Notes: generated from the letters alone by a model not told the origin. Shown: positions 25,053 through 39,389, counted from the first letter of the stretch. The stretch: 64,000 nt of DNA from Girardia tigrina (GCA_001938485.1 MQRK01255104.1:108609-172608); one strand, 5' to 3'. Numbers and translations: made by a program.

Positions 25053-26182
25053 AGGCTAATCCGAAAATGGTTTTTAATCCGACATAGGTTTTTATTATTG
25101 TCATATTTTATATTTGATGATGTTTTATATTAATTTTATTTTCTGCATGGGGTTTTACTATTATATTATTATTTCTTTTTATAATTGACTTGTATTTTTC
25201 TATGTTATTATCTGTGTGGTGGAATGAACAATTAATAGATTGGCGTTGATATTCTACTATTATCTTTGATGTTAATTTGATTAACTATTTGAGTATGTGT
25301 TGTTATGAACGTTTGTATTTAAATCTGATTTTAATTTCAATATAGTTTTTCATTATTGATTGTGCTCTATTTAACTTATATTTTAAAAGCTGGAGTAAAC
25401 TACTGTAGGATCATACTGGAGTCCAAACGTGCGATTGGAGTGTGGATCGACGTTTGAACTGTTGCATGTATGTATAGGACGGCTTTCTCTTGAACACTAT
25501 TGGGAGTTTAAGAAATTTATGGTTGAGAGACAATGGTAGTCGATTAACTGTGATATGAATATAATTAAATTTCGATATTTTTAACAGAAGTGGATAAATA
25601 AAAATCCCCTTTTAAATAATAGATCACCATTTTGGAGTGTAAATTCTGACTTAAGGTGGTTCGAAATGTGCTTTAATATACCTTAATATTTATCTTAATT
25701 TCATGATTTCGCATAAGTTAATAACAACAATTTGATGACAATATTACTAATTTAATTTATAAAAACCCGAAGATATAGTTATAGAACTATTAGTTTTCAA
25801 ATGATAAAGACGAAGGTTGTTTGTTATTTAAACACTGATTTGTTCAGGGTTTGCTCGTTGGTTGATGATTTGGTATTATAAACCCGTTTTGGTTTATATT
25901 AGTGAATTAATTCTATCCAAGACATTTATGCACGGGCTAATCTTAATAATATAAATGGTAATAATAACTCCAATAGTTACTGTAGTACCCTACTTACTGA
26001 CACGGCGTGATTATTTTTATTTATGTATTCTTTGACTTTTTTGTTTACTTTCGAGTGTTCTGATGTTTCTTTCGTGTTTGACGTTTGTATTTTCATCGTT
26101 GCTGTGCTTTCGAATGTTTGTTTGCTTGTTTATTTATTTTGCAAAAATGAACGTGATTCTTCACCTAAAAATGTACTTTTTT

Positions 26183-26325
26183 TTAATATTTTTCCTGTTT
26201 AAGAATACACATTGTGTGATCGAATAGTTGCTGAAGTTTCTCATTTGTATAATTACTGCGCAGTTGCTCAAAGGAATTAACTTCAAAGATCTCAAAGCCT
26301 ACAATATCAAGAATACAAAGGAAAT
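26183..26325 (-). pseudogene. Myosin heavy chain (myosin II-like) motor-domain fragment: switch II/relay helix
   Basis: [43 protein letters not shown] versus the conserved [38 protein letters not shown]. Conserved residues are substituted and an in-frame stop follows. No neighbouring myosin exons are recognisable. Confidence 0.85.
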
Positions 26326-29300
26326 TATTAATAATAATTAATACAAAAAAAATAAAATCAATAATCGTATGGATTAAAAAGATATTAATTGGCATTAACA
26401 ATTATGACTTATTTGTGACGACTTATCTATCCGACTTTGTCATGTATGTTTATTTATTTTATTTTTTTTGTATTAAAGAGTGGTTTTGTCTTGATTATTT
26501 TTACTAATTGTTTTTTTGATTTGATAATTTATTTTTTTTCTTTATTGTAAAAGCAGCGAATAAAAAATATTAATTACTCTACTGTAAAATTCGCTGATTT
26601 TACAAACTGGTGTCAGAAATAAAAATTTTAAGAAATGCATCCATACAAAATTAAATTTCCAGTACATAAAAAACTTTCTCAAACACAATACAACATTTAA
26701 ATACACAAACAAAAAATATACCAAATTATACAAATCACATTAGTTTTCAAGTCCACAATTCACAAACACATCACTACAGTTACTCAACATATAACAAAAA
26801 TCCAAATATTAAAACACTATACAAAAAATTAATGATCGTTCGAGAGCGTTATAATTTCTAATAAGATTACTCTCTTCATCCGCATCGTAATTAAGTGTTG
26901 CATGAAGGTCATCATTTATCGACAAATTATCTTTTTTTAAGATTGGAAATTGATGTTTTGCGTTTTCCATCTTGGCGTAGAAATTTATTGATAATCTTCT
27001 TTTGATACGATTGAATGTTCAAATACATAACCTTGATATTACGCTAAAATTTGAATTATACGTTCTTTACGTCCGAAAATCATAGTTTCTTTCTTGTGAG
27101 ATGGCGAGTTAAAAAAAAATAAAAATATAACCACGAACAAATTACATACCATGAACGAGAACAACTACACACACACAAAAATAAATACAACATCACCAAA
27201 AAAATATACAAAATAAATAAAAACAAATATAGGCTCAAAAAAATCCAAATAGTCGATAGATCAGAAAAGAAACTGGTGAGAGAAATTCACACTACAGTTA
27301 CATAATAGAGAATATAAATAAGTAACTGTTAATATGAATAATAATGTATTTGATATTAACGTTGACTCTTATTTAATAACTAGATTGCCTCAGATGAAGC
27401 TGTAACATTATCAGATTTACTTTCAGTTCACATTAGTATGAAAATGGTCAGAGGGAAGGTTCGACATTTGGACACTGACGTGTATCTGAGGGTTCATCCC
27501 TTTGTAAAGTTTAGTGAAAGCTGAGATTTTAAAAATAGTCTTATGAGAATGATGTTGTCTTAATGCATATCTGAGCAGGTGAAGAATGATATTACATCAT
27601 TCATAAGTGTTAATATAATAATGATGGTAAAATTCGAAGGATGTCACGTGGACGATACTGGCTATACCATCGAGTCATCACTTCGAGTAACCGCCATTTG
27701 TCTACATGATTTTCAAGCACAATTATAACTTATATCATATGGAGTTAATAAAATGGTTTAAATCGTTATCGTATTAATATTTTAGTTTATCATCGTAATA
27801 AGTAAATTTATTATCGTGTAAATACCGAAAGAATCCAAAGAGACGATGCTCTGCGTGCCGTTGTAGCATCGCACTCCGACACGAAGATCATTTAATCTGA
27901 GTTTGACAAAGTCGACAAAAGAGAGAATTAATGTAAATAGCGTAAATGTCGAATTCGTACCCCTTAGACGCTAGAGCTACCGATCGGGCCATACTCGTCG
28001 GTTTGAACCCGAAGACGACTCAAAATTTGGCACTACTTGTAGATGTGAAATGAAGAGTAGTAGTTCACTTTAATAATGTGATGGTCAACTTTTCGAGTAT
28101 CTCGAGCAATATGAAATCATTAAGGGTGATTCCCGCTAATCTGGTGGTTCAGAGCCTTACAAGATGTTTCGAGAAAGGAATTTTTCAACTTTTCTGTCAT
28201 ATCTAATTTTAGTAAACAGACGGTGTTCGATATTTTTGCGTGTATGTATTTCTTTTATTTCACTCCTTTTGAAGGTACTTATTTACTTTGGTCATTTATA
28301 TTTTCTTTCGTGTGTTCCTCCACTTTTATTATTGTACATCACTTGTGTCCTTTTACAAGTCGTTGTAATTTTATTTTATTTTATTTTTTTATTTCTTATC
28401 TGTTATGTCGGGTAATCTATGAGATTACAGAAGAAGTAAAAGAATTAAATGTCAGAAAAGAAAATGATCATAAAGAATATAGAAAATTAAAGTCAGGAAG
28501 AAAGAAAAAAGAAAGACGATTGCGTTATCTAATTATTATAATTTATTATAATTCATATTTCAATATGAATTCAAATTTGTGATCGATTTACAAATTAATT
28601 AATTAATTCAAAAGACATTTATTGTCAACGATTTTTTTTGACAGAAGTATTTTATAATGATAATTTGTCGTACGGCATAAATACTCGCTGAATTACTTAC
28701 TTACCGGTGAAATCCCCAAAGTGACTTTACGTTATTTATTTGTTATACAGTTTTTTTGGACTGATTAAAGTGATTTTAATTAAGTGACTTTAATTACGGT
28801 ATTTACCTGTTATACAGTTTTTTCCGCTGATTAAAGTGTTTTCCTTGATATTATTTATTATTGGACTTTTATTATTTTATTTTATTACAGTCACTAAGGT
28901 AGCCTAATTCAATATCGTATTCTACATTGAGTTAGACTAGTTTAGCATACTTGACTATTTTAGTCCTTTAGTAAAAATAGAGACTTGGTCACGATTCCTG
29001 ATCTCTATTTTTACATTTTCGATAAACGGATATCGAAAAAATATTAAAGCACATAACACAGACGTTGTTCCTAATTTCTTGAAAGCAATAAATATACTGT
29101 ATTTTCTGGTTTTCAAAAGTGATGGTAAGTTACCATTTTTGAACATTGAACAACAGAAAAAGTTTAAGATATTATGTAAGAAATTCTGTCAGTTAATATC
29201 CAAGATGATAATAGAATGTTACCGATTACCAAATCACAAGTACAGAAAACGATCCATTGAATCATATTGCTCTACAATGTTGCTAAGTCTCTTGAATAAT

Positions 29301-29809
29301 TTACCGTATTTCCTCTTTGGATGTTGCAATGTCGGTACATGATTGCAGAACAGACGCCTTGTGTAGGTGACAATATTAAAGTAGATCATCAAATATCTTT
29401 AACAGAGTTGATTGTTCGTGCAACACTACATTTTATTGAATCGATACCATATACAGGAGAGGCACAACAAGAGACTAACAAGATAATGTAAGTGACATAT
29501 AAGGGTTGGTAAAGTTTATTTTTTCATGTTTTTAAAATATCTGGGTATATTACATAACTAATTTATATAACTCCTTTTAGAAAATTCCAAGATGTATATA
29601 TATATATGTGTGTGTGTATATATTTATTTTCATGAAAATTAAAAAATTAATTTTTTTTAATCAATCAATCAATATATATATATATATATATANNNNNNNN
29701 NNNNNNNNNNNNNNNNNNNNNNNNNNNNNNNNNNNNNNNNNNTATATATATATATATATATAAATGTATATATGCTGTTAAGATTCATTTCACGTTACAT
29801 TTGAAGTTG

Positions 29810-30180
29810 ATGTATCGAAAAAAATTCCGTTTCATGTATTATTCCAATAATTTTTATCGCTCTGCGATCAATAATTCCCAATTGGAAGCCACAAAACCGG
29901 AGTCAGATAATCTGATCAAACATCTCATTTGGAATCAATTTCTCAATCAATCTGTTTCCAATTGTCAATAATTTTGAGAAATGTAATTCGAAGAACTAAC
30001 TCTTCAAATGTAATCATTGCGTCAAATCTTACAAAAAATAAAAATATCTCAATGAATATATGAAAGATTATTTATCATCGGACAAAACAAATATTTGTCA
30101 TTTTTTTATAATCTATATGTATAAACTATATATTTGTGTTAAATTGTGAGTATTACTGGTAACCTTTTTATAGCACTACC
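29810..30180 (+). pseudogene. Degenerate C2H2 zinc-finger gene fragment, inverted paralog of 54210-54780
   Basis: Translates FRFMYYSNNFYRSAINNSQLEATKPESDNLIKHLIWNQFLNQ...LFKCNHCVKSYKK*KYLNE. It is colinear with the reverse complement of ~54210-54590, including 3' non-coding sequence. Confidence 0.75.
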
Positions 30181-30976
30181 GATAATACACAATTTTTACA
30201 TAAATCAAAGCGAAAAGATTATTTTGTCAAAAGAATTTAAGAAGGCCACTCTATCTTTTGAAAGCTCCCATTTCAGTCTTATCAACAAACCAGCTTTTAA
30301 CAAACGGAAGCATTTTGCAATAAGTTTTTTTTCTTAGTCTTTATGTCTTGTAATCCTAGTGTAACAAAAATATATTTCATTTTATAGAGATCTCAGTTTC
30401 TTATTTCAAAGAAGACGATGAAATTTACTCATTCGACATACTTAAACATGCCATGTGTCAAAGGCAAAAGTTTCTGATCACTCATTTGTAATAGCAGAAG
30501 TTACTGTGATGAGCAATCAAAAACACGTTGCTTGGTCAGAACAATTATCAACATCTTGAGCAGCTGTGGATTCGGGAGTCATCTTATTTCGGAATTTGCT
30601 TATCTTAAAAGTTGATAAAATTGCACAAACAATATGAACTTATGAAAAGACAAACTAGCCTTACTTTCAGAAGACACTCAAGTGAGAAAAGAGAAAGAAT
30701 CTTTGAAAATGATGAAGCAGTTATTTGACACATCACACTGGAATTTCGAAGAATTAATTTGAAAAGTCAAATTAATGCCTAAAAGTGAAGAACCTATACT
30801 CCAAGCCAATATTTGTTTATTAAAACGTATAGTCGCAGGAGGAAACAGCAGTATGGATTTATTCATCCAGTACCATTCCCCTACGCCAAAGTGAAAATCC
30901 TTATCGAAATAAGGATCACGGATTATTTACTTTGATTCGATCACAATCAACGTCTTCCAAACCAAATTTCGATTTA

Positions 30977-31150
30977 CAGTCACATCTCTCATATCCGTCA
31001 GGGTCGGTTTTTTCGAAAGTGTGATGGATAGAGAGAGTGACGGATATGAGAGGTCGTTTTCAATGGCGATTTGAAGCTCCGTCAAATGAAAATCGCGACA
31101 GAATGAGAGGGTGACGGTTAGGAGAGGGACGGATACGAGATATCTGACTG
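30977..31150. mobile_element. Tigger/pogo-type MITE (174 bp)
   Basis: 23-bp TIRs CAGTCACATCTCTCATATCCGTC / GACGGATACGAGATATCTGACTG (20/23). Left TA TSD is intact. Internal gtgacggata.gagag repeats. Confidence 0.8.
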
Positions 31151-32260
31151 GATTTAACTCACACGTTGGTGTCCTTAGTCAAACAAATAACCGATTATTC
31201 GACTAACAGCTGACCATTCATTCTTTGATCCATCTACCATACAGCTAGTCATCTATCCGTATTCCGACCAATCATCTCTTCATTCCTATATCTATCATTA
31301 TCCCATCCATTTGTTCATATAATTCGTTTTGATCTGTTATCTATTATCAAATATATCCGTAAGACTATTTATTCTATATAACTGATAATTATTCCTTCGT
31401 TTAGTATGATCTATTTTTCTGTATTTCTTTAATTATTGTTTATTATTATAAATTTTAAATTAAACATATTATGCATTTGTTTTATTTATAACTAATGAAT
31501 TTATGATATAATAGAAGTAATAATTTTATGACGTGTAATAGAAAAGGTTTTTATACTTACAACTAGTATGGTACAACATGCGCAAGGACACAAAAGATTT
31601 CGTTTCCAATTTTTTGTAGAAAAGTTAATGAAAATGCGGTCCAAAAGTCGTATAAAACTCGTCAGATATCGGATTATCGTGTGAAATGTCTTGGAAATAA
31701 GGAATATCTATTCATGAATTTTCGGTTGGTGGTATGCTTTAACCTTTAAAAACTGATAGAGAATTGGAACATATTCTGGAATTAGCGTCTTCTTTTTTAA
31801 TTTAAGGAAACAAAAACGTTTAGAAACAATGAAATTGTCCGAAGACCAGAAATGTTTTGAATAACTAATAATAAGTTCTTCCACACTCCTGAATTTTATT
31901 TGAACAGTCGTTCTTCTAGACATCATGTATTATCCTTTCTGACATTATTTATATTTTTCATTTTTATTTTGACATGTACTTTGTGAATGGAGAAGTGTTA
32001 ATATATTTTGTAACGATATGTAATTTATTTTCTCTGTTGCATTTCTTTCGTTTCATAAGTGTACTTGCGTTTATTTATTTATATTTTTATTATTAAAAAG
32101 AAAGAAGGTTAATCAAAGAAGAAAGAAGAAGATAAGAGAAAGAAGAAAGAGAAGGAAAAGAAGCACTGGGTTATATTTCCCCGGTTATATATATATATAT
32201 ATATATATATNNNNNNNNNNNNNNNNNNNNNNNNNNNNNNNNNNNNNNNNNNNNNNNNNN

Positions 32261-32315
<55 letters not shown>

Positions 32316-32592
32316 TACAATCCTAATTATAATTATAATCAAAAATTGCTAATAGCAATATTTAAAAATTTAAATATTCAAATCGATAGACAATAATAAT
32401 AAATTCATTACTGTCTACAATATTATTTTCTTTCGACTGAATTCTAGTTTCTACAAACAATGATTGAGAATTTTACTTATTTACATGGATCCCCTGGATC
32501 GAGATAATATTACATGCCGAATTCCATTACCGTCTATGATAATAAAGACAATTACTATCATTCATTTTGATTTACTCTTGAACAATCACTAC

Positions 32593-33531
32593 TGTTGCAG
32601 TAGCAGCGCAGTTGAAGCTTATATCATCTATTGTTGCAGTAGCAGCGCAGTGGAAGCTTATATCATCTCCGCTAGTCATCAAGGAGAGGGAAGTGGGTTC
32701 GATAATGATGTTCTCTAATTTATTATTATTATTTTTTTATCTCTATTATCGTTACTGTTAATTTTATCCTTAACGCTTTTATTTTTATTTTTATTATTTT
32801 TATTTTCGTTAATTCTTTTACTATTATTTTTACTGTTATCTTTACGGTTATTTTTATTATCATTTTTACATTTGCTGATATTTATTTGAGGATATATATA
32901 TATATATATATATAACATACAGTTATCTGTTCTCGCAAGTCTCTGATTCCGCCTCGCAAATGCGCGTCCGTCGCACGTTATCCACGTTAAAAATGGATTT
33001 TTCGAATTTATTTTCGTTTGGAATTCAGTAATAAAATCATTGCTTTGGTTGACCGTTTCTATTATTGCTGCTCGTAGCGGATCAAAAGATCCGATAAATA
33101 ATCGATTCCCCTTTGAAACTTGAAAGAACCAGAAATATTCGACATTACAAATCGAACATCTGAAACGTTTTTCGTCGCCTGATGTTCGAATACATTCAGG
33201 ACAGAACCGAGGTTCACAATCCGACAATCCGGTCACTTCATATTCGTTTATATGCTTGTTACATTTCTGGAATCTGCAGTTGAAGTTTTCTCGGAATTAT
33301 TTTGAATGTTATTTACGTTTTCGTATCCGTCAATTTCCAATGAGTTATTATCAGTAATTAATAATTTAAAAGTTGTACCCAGTCGCTCATACTTTTCTCC
33401 CATCATTATCAAAATATTATAGAATTCAATTTCAATATAATTAACTTTATTGATTTATATAACATGCAATTCTGCCAATTACGGAGTTACCGTAATTGGT
33501 TTAAACAAAAACCAACAAGCTTAATTTTAGA

Positions 33532-33567
<36 letters not shown>

Positions 33568-33736
33568 NNNNNNNNNNNNNNNNNNNNNNNNNNNNNNNNN
33601 NNNNNNNNNNNNNNNNNTATATATATATATATATATATCAATTAAATTTTTTTTCTCATTTTTTCTTAAATAAATTTAATGATAAAAAATAAAATTTTTC
33701 TTTAATGAAATTTAATTTAAAAACGAAAACCGAACA
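32593..33736. mobile_element. Solo-LTR-like element, copy 2, with a 39-bp terminal tandem duplication
   Basis: TGTTGCAG at 32593 (repeated at 32632) to CCGAACA at 33736. Perfect TSD ACTAC at 32588-32592 and 33737-33741. Minus-strand ORF 32715-33236 is homologous to the copy-1 Cys-rich ORF. Confidence 0.85.
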
Positions 33737-33741
33737 ACTAC

Positions 33742-35570
33742 TGTAAGGTTATTTTTAGTTTGTTGGAATTTATCGGTACCTGTTGAATTGTTTTTTGAAC
33801 AATATATTTTTATTAAACTATCAAGCGTGTTAACTGTTGTGACGCTTTTATTTATATTAAAAATCAGTCTATCGTTGTAAATTCGTACCGTATATATAGT
33901 TCTCTGTATATTTATTACTGGAATAAACTGATTTTTACAATTTTTAACTATCTGTGCCACACCCTTTGTTGTGTGATCGAGTTGCCTTTGTTTATACTCT
34001 TTCAGTTGCTTTTGGTGTCATAATTAAATAATATATTTTAATTGTATAAAATTTAATTTTTATTCTTTTAACTATTTGGTTATTACAGTGTGTTTATTGG
34101 TCAATACGTCCATTATCTGTCAACTCATTTAATACAATTATAATATCAATCTAAATCATCTCAGAATCTAGCCCTTATAATCGCACTCCTCGATCTAAAT
34201 AAAAGCAAGACAACAATCCATAACAAAAGAAGTCATCTACTAAAAAAGTAACTTATCTATTCAAATCCCTCTCTTTCTTTTTTGTAATACACATCGGCAT
34301 CTTCTTTTTATCACTCCTTCCGTTTAAGTTAACATTAATATATTTGATTTTAAAATTATTGTTATCATTATTGTTCCTTTATACTCCTTTAGTTATAATA
34401 TTGTTGCTCGTATGAAAACTTCGATTGCTTTAATTCCAGAATTAGATAATGAATCTGCACTGATCGTTCTTGATGAATTAGAACCAGTTTTGAGTTGCTT
34501 TACAAAACACATGTTGGTAGACTTCGACAAAATAGAACGATAGCTTCACTTCTTTCATTCGAAGTTTGGTCGGTTAATTAGCTTACCTTAACTGGGTCTG
34601 ATAGAACCTCATCAATTGTACTAATTACTTTTTAACGACCAACTGACTTGCGAAGATGAATATTGCAATTGACACATTTCTCATTACAAAAATCCATGTT
34701 AACGACTGCAATAAAATATAACTTATATATTAAAACTGCATAAATATAATTATATATAAGCATATGTAAATATAGAGAAAATTTTACTTACCGCAACGAC
34801 AGAAACGATTCTAGCACTGTTAGCTAAAATTATGCAAATGAATATATATATATATATATATTAACTTATTTTAATTAAAAAAACATTATTTAAACAATAA
34901 TATATTTATGAAAAAAATATTTTTACGAATACTAATGGATGTTATTTAAAATAATAAAATTTTTAACATCAATTTCTTAATTTTTTAAATATTTTTATAA
35001 ATAAAATGTATATTTGCAGTTGAAAAATTATTTTTTATATATTTCACTTACATAATATTCAAAATATTTATTTAAATATAATTAGAGGAAGGTTTAAAAT
35101 TAAATATATTTATTTAATTTAATTAGAGTTTTAAACACGATATTTTGAAAAAAATATTAGTTTTTATTTTTTTAATTATGTATCCTCACTTCAAAAAGTT
35201 GCAAAAATTCCTGAGTGTAAAGAAGTGAAAAAGACATTTCCTAAAAAAAAATAGCGGTGGACACTTTTCAAAAACGCGATTAAAAAATTGATTTTAATTT
35301 TATTTCATTTTTAAAAATTGACTTCCCACCTGAGATTTACAGTAATATTTTTTAAATGTATTTTACTCCTAAGAATTAGGAAAAAATAATTATCGATTTA
35401 TTTTGAATTTTACTATTAAAAAAAATAAAATCGAAAAACGGTTTTCTTTAAAATACTCGAAAACCGTATGAGATAAGTAGCTGAAAATTTGGCTGAATTA
35501 TCTTTATTTAATATCAAAACGATTCCCCAAGTGCAAATCAAAAAACCCACAGGGGAAGATTTCCCTTTTA
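33742..35570 (-). mobile_element. Possible highly degenerate Kolobok/ISL2EU-like DNA transposon (left end and transposase traces)
   Basis: Minus-strand terminus TTAA-AAGGGAAATCTTCCCC at ~35570. Short intron ~34707-34791 precedes MDFCNEKCVNCNIHLRKSVGR. ORF 33712-33960 (FIP...DRLI...LIKIYCSK) is only weakly reminiscent of such transposases. Confidence 0.3.
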
Positions 35571-36208
35571 AACGCGGCTACCCTTTATTTACCTTTTTTA
35601 AAAAAAACAAAGCATCTTTGTCATAAATATTCATTCATCATTAATCATTTTTTATTGTTAAATGCTGCAATTGGATTATTAAATGCTCGGGGTGTAGTTC
35701 CGTATGAATCCTAGCAAATATAAAAATATGACAATAAATTAAAAATATAAGTATTCAAAGAAAAAGATTTAAAATATTTATTAAAAATTTTTAAAGTAAA
35801 CTAAATGTCGGATTTCAGTAATTATCCCAGACCGGTGGTGTTTGGTCAGGGATAATAAAATAAATAAATAAAAACAAATAATCATAATTATTACTATATA
35901 CAGTTATTTATTATTTGTTACTATTCTGTATTATTATTTATATATTATGTAACATATTATTATTTATTTATTATTTAAAATTAAATAAAACGATTAGATT
36001 TATGATAAGTAAAAATTAGAATTATAATTCTTATTGCTTACTGCTCCAATTTACCGAACGGAAATTATTATATTGCCAATCATCAAAAGAAGCCACTTCA
36101 ATAAAGTCATTTAATTCAGAACCCATAGAAACTAATCCGCAATCATTTTGATTAGCACGAAAAATCAGATTAGACTACATTCTTTCCAGAACTATCTATC
36201 CATTATAG

Positions 36209-36613
36209 CAGGCGCGTAGCCAGGGGGGTGATTGGGTGGATTTCCACCACCCCCTGATAAAATGCCCTAAAAATTGTTTAAAAAAATTATTACGAAAAAC
36301 AAAACTTAGAGGAACGGGACCTCTCGTTTTTCCCCCAATTAAAATCCAATTGGGCGTTCCCATTTTAATCCCCTGAAAACAAAGATTAATATAGAAACCC
36401 TTGATTGGATTTTAATCGGAGAGAAAAAAGGAGGTCCGTGGAACGTTTAAGGAGCTTAAGGATCGTTTAAGTTTAGAGGGTTAAAATCGGGAGATACCCC
36501 CACCCCTGAAAAAATTAAAACATAATTAGCCACCCCAATTATATTTAAGATTGCTAGATCTTTCAGGAATTTTTTTCCACTCCTCCCCCTCTGCAATCCT
36601 GGCTACGCCGCTG
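36209..36613. mobile_element. hAT-type MITE (405 bp)
   Basis: TIRs CAGGCGCGTAGCCAGG / CCTGGCTACGCCGCTG. Perfect 8-bp TSD CATTATAG at 36201-36208 and 36614-36621. Confidence 0.92.
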
Positions 36614-37437
36614 CATTATAGAAATAAGAAAAGTTACGGATATTCCAATTTTGACATTGTGCCGATCTTTTAAAGGAATATTTTCTTTCATAGTATTTTT
36701 AAATTATTCCGTATTTCCTTATAATCAATATTTTCAGTTATATTCCAATTTTTGATCCCTAGTTAACTCTTCTTTAACCTCTTTCGGTTATATTATTTGG
36801 ATTATTTATAACTATTATTTAAATATTCGTTTATTTATTTTTATTTATTGGTTTACTTGATTAAAAGGTGATTTCGGTTGAATAAAACAGTTTCTAGTCT
36901 AGATTACTTTTTGATCATAACACTAACCCTAAGGCAATATTATATATGTGTGTGTGTGTGTTACGCAATCACTAACTTCAATAGCTTATTCTAGAAAATA
37001 TTTGAACCACGATTTCAGATGGAAATAAATGTTTAAAAATTTATTTCATATTTTTCCACACATACCTGATGTATTTTATATACTTAATACTTTATATATT
37101 ATTAATTAAATATTTTTTTAGAATTGTTTTTTTCTGTTTTTAAAATTATTTTCAATTAATTTTTCTATGCAAAAATAAAAATGAAAAAAATTTTTAAAAA
37201 ATTATTAAAACAAATTAAAAAATATACATAAAATAAGCCAGAGAAGTCAGTTATCACGTAACCAGTATATATATTTTAGGGAATATTAGGTCTTAAAAAC
37301 CTTTCAAATATTTTTAAAAATATTTTTCCTGGGGTTCTTATAATATTTTATCTATTTTCATGTTTTGCTTGGGCAACTACGGAACTATACCCAGGGCTAG
37401 CAATTGTATATTTCCCGAAATATTTTCCTGCGTTCGC

Positions 37438-38348
37438 GCCTGCCCAGGTGTCCTGTGCCGTGCATTCACCCTTTCTCAATCGATCAAGACATTTATCGCC
37501 AATTTAACGAGGGATGAGCGAACAGAAATGAAAAATCACTCGCGAGGAAGAATAACCATCCGAAAAAAGATAACAGAACTTGGTGGCTAAAAAAGAACAC
37601 AAAGAAATTACGAATTATTATCGTCATTAAAAGTTTTAAGTACACCGCCTCAAAACGACCGATATCTGTGATTACTGAGTTCATAAATGCATCGAGTAAA
37701 AAATTTTAAATAAAATTATTAAGTTTTTTACGCATAATCTAAAATAAATCATAATACTCACATTTTACCGCCTCGCATTTGAAATCACTATGTAGTAAAA
37801 CAAATGACATAATGGGAAAATAATTTTCAAATTAATTAATATGGATTATTAATTTATATATATACAAATATGAATTTTTTATTTTCTATGTTAACATGTT
37901 TTTTATTAACTCGCTTTTGTTTCTGTCTGTGTTGAGGCGGTGTTTTCGAAATTTTTCGATTTTTCAACAACTTCTCAATGTCTGATTGAGCTGAAATTTC
38001 TCGAATGTGTAATCCCGATGGAAATACATGAATAAATGAAAGAATTTACTGCCTGAATGATTAATTAGTTTTTTTGCACAAAAACAAATTTGTTGTTATC
38101 CTCTATGTCTGATTTATAAATAAAATTGAACATTATAAAATTTGAATTCGTATTTTTATAATTGTCATAACTTCATAAATTTTCAGTATTTTTTAAATAA
38201 ATACTTTTTTTAGATTCCTTTATAATTATATTTCATTGGTTTACATCTTTGTGATGAGGAATTTTTATAAAAACACTAAATGATTTCTTCTACTCTTTTT
38301 CATAATTTTGGGGTTTAATGCACGGACAAGGCGCCTCGAGTACAAGGC
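37438..38348. mobile_element. Possible old MITE bounded by imperfect inverted repeats
   Basis: gtgtcctgtgccgtgcattcaccc (~37447-37470) versus gggtttaatgcacggacaaggcgcc (~38311-38335). No TSD recognised. Confidence 0.3.
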
Positions 38349-39389
38349 TATTTAAATCAGCATCTAATCGTTTGTTCAAATATTATAAAGTCGGATTGAA
38401 TAGTTTGAAATTTCACCGCAGTCCTAAAGTTTAAACCTCACCGAAACACATGTTGGTGGGAGAGGTGGCAAAGTGAAAGCTTTGTTTTCTATCCCTCAAA
38501 AAGATCCCTTTACATCGCACTGATAGCCGGTACGGTTAAACTTTTTCGACAAGAATTGTTTCATTTCTTACAATAATAATGCTTAATTCTCATATTTTGA
38601 AATAATTCTCAAAAAAATCTGAAGATTTGTTTATACCTCGTTTATTAGGTCCCATTTGTTGTGGTTCCGTGGTTTGCAAAACATGTGAACATATCTTGGA
38701 AAACTGAGTCGTTTGGCTTTTAGCCCCCAGGTTATCAGTAACCAACCATAAAAAAATTCAATCGATTATTTAAAATTATTGAATTCAATTGAATAAATTA
38801 TATAAAGTTTTTGTTTGATTAATAATATTTAATAAAGAATTATCATGTTTTAGGAGTGTTTGTCTGAATTGGATTTCGTAATTTAAAATTATCTAATAGA
38901 CTTTTAATAATTTTATTGAGTTATTGCTGTATTTATGATAAAGTTTATGAACTTTTCTGTGATTCGTACACATTATCCAATGGTAACAACTGCATGAAAA
39001 TTAAATAAATGATTTTGAACATTTAATACACAAAAATTCGAATTCCGTATTATTAAGTATGTTGTTTGATTGAAACTGTATAATAATGAGACAATTATGT
39101 TAACTTTAAATGTCATTATAAATTTTAAGTGATTAATTTAATGTACTGAAAGCAAAACTTAGATAAATGGTCATTTAAAAATGTCCTTAGACTGGTAGAT
39201 TAGTTAAAAATGTATGATACCGAACTATTTATGAGAAAGAAATAGTGTTTTGCGAATAATAAAAAAAGAAAAATTTTCAGAAAAATATAAATAAAACAAT
39301 GCGTTGAATATTCGTTTTTTGTGATATTTTAAGTTTAATGAAAGTTATGATAAATTTTTTGATGTTTAAATGAATTAATAAATTTTGTT

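Noticed and set aside
29079-29342. SDGKLPFLNI and LPY as Penelope-type RT thumb motifs
   Set aside because: The motifs are too short. No RT core or GIY-YIG domain is recognisable nearby, and the match overlaps a possible splice donor.
3846-33736. Idea that the two 1.1-kb direct repeats are the paired LTRs of one ~30-kb giant retroelement
   Set aside because: Each copy has its own different perfect TSD (CTATG versus ACTAC), the outer flanks do not match, and no PBS/PPT or continuous gag-pol lies between them.
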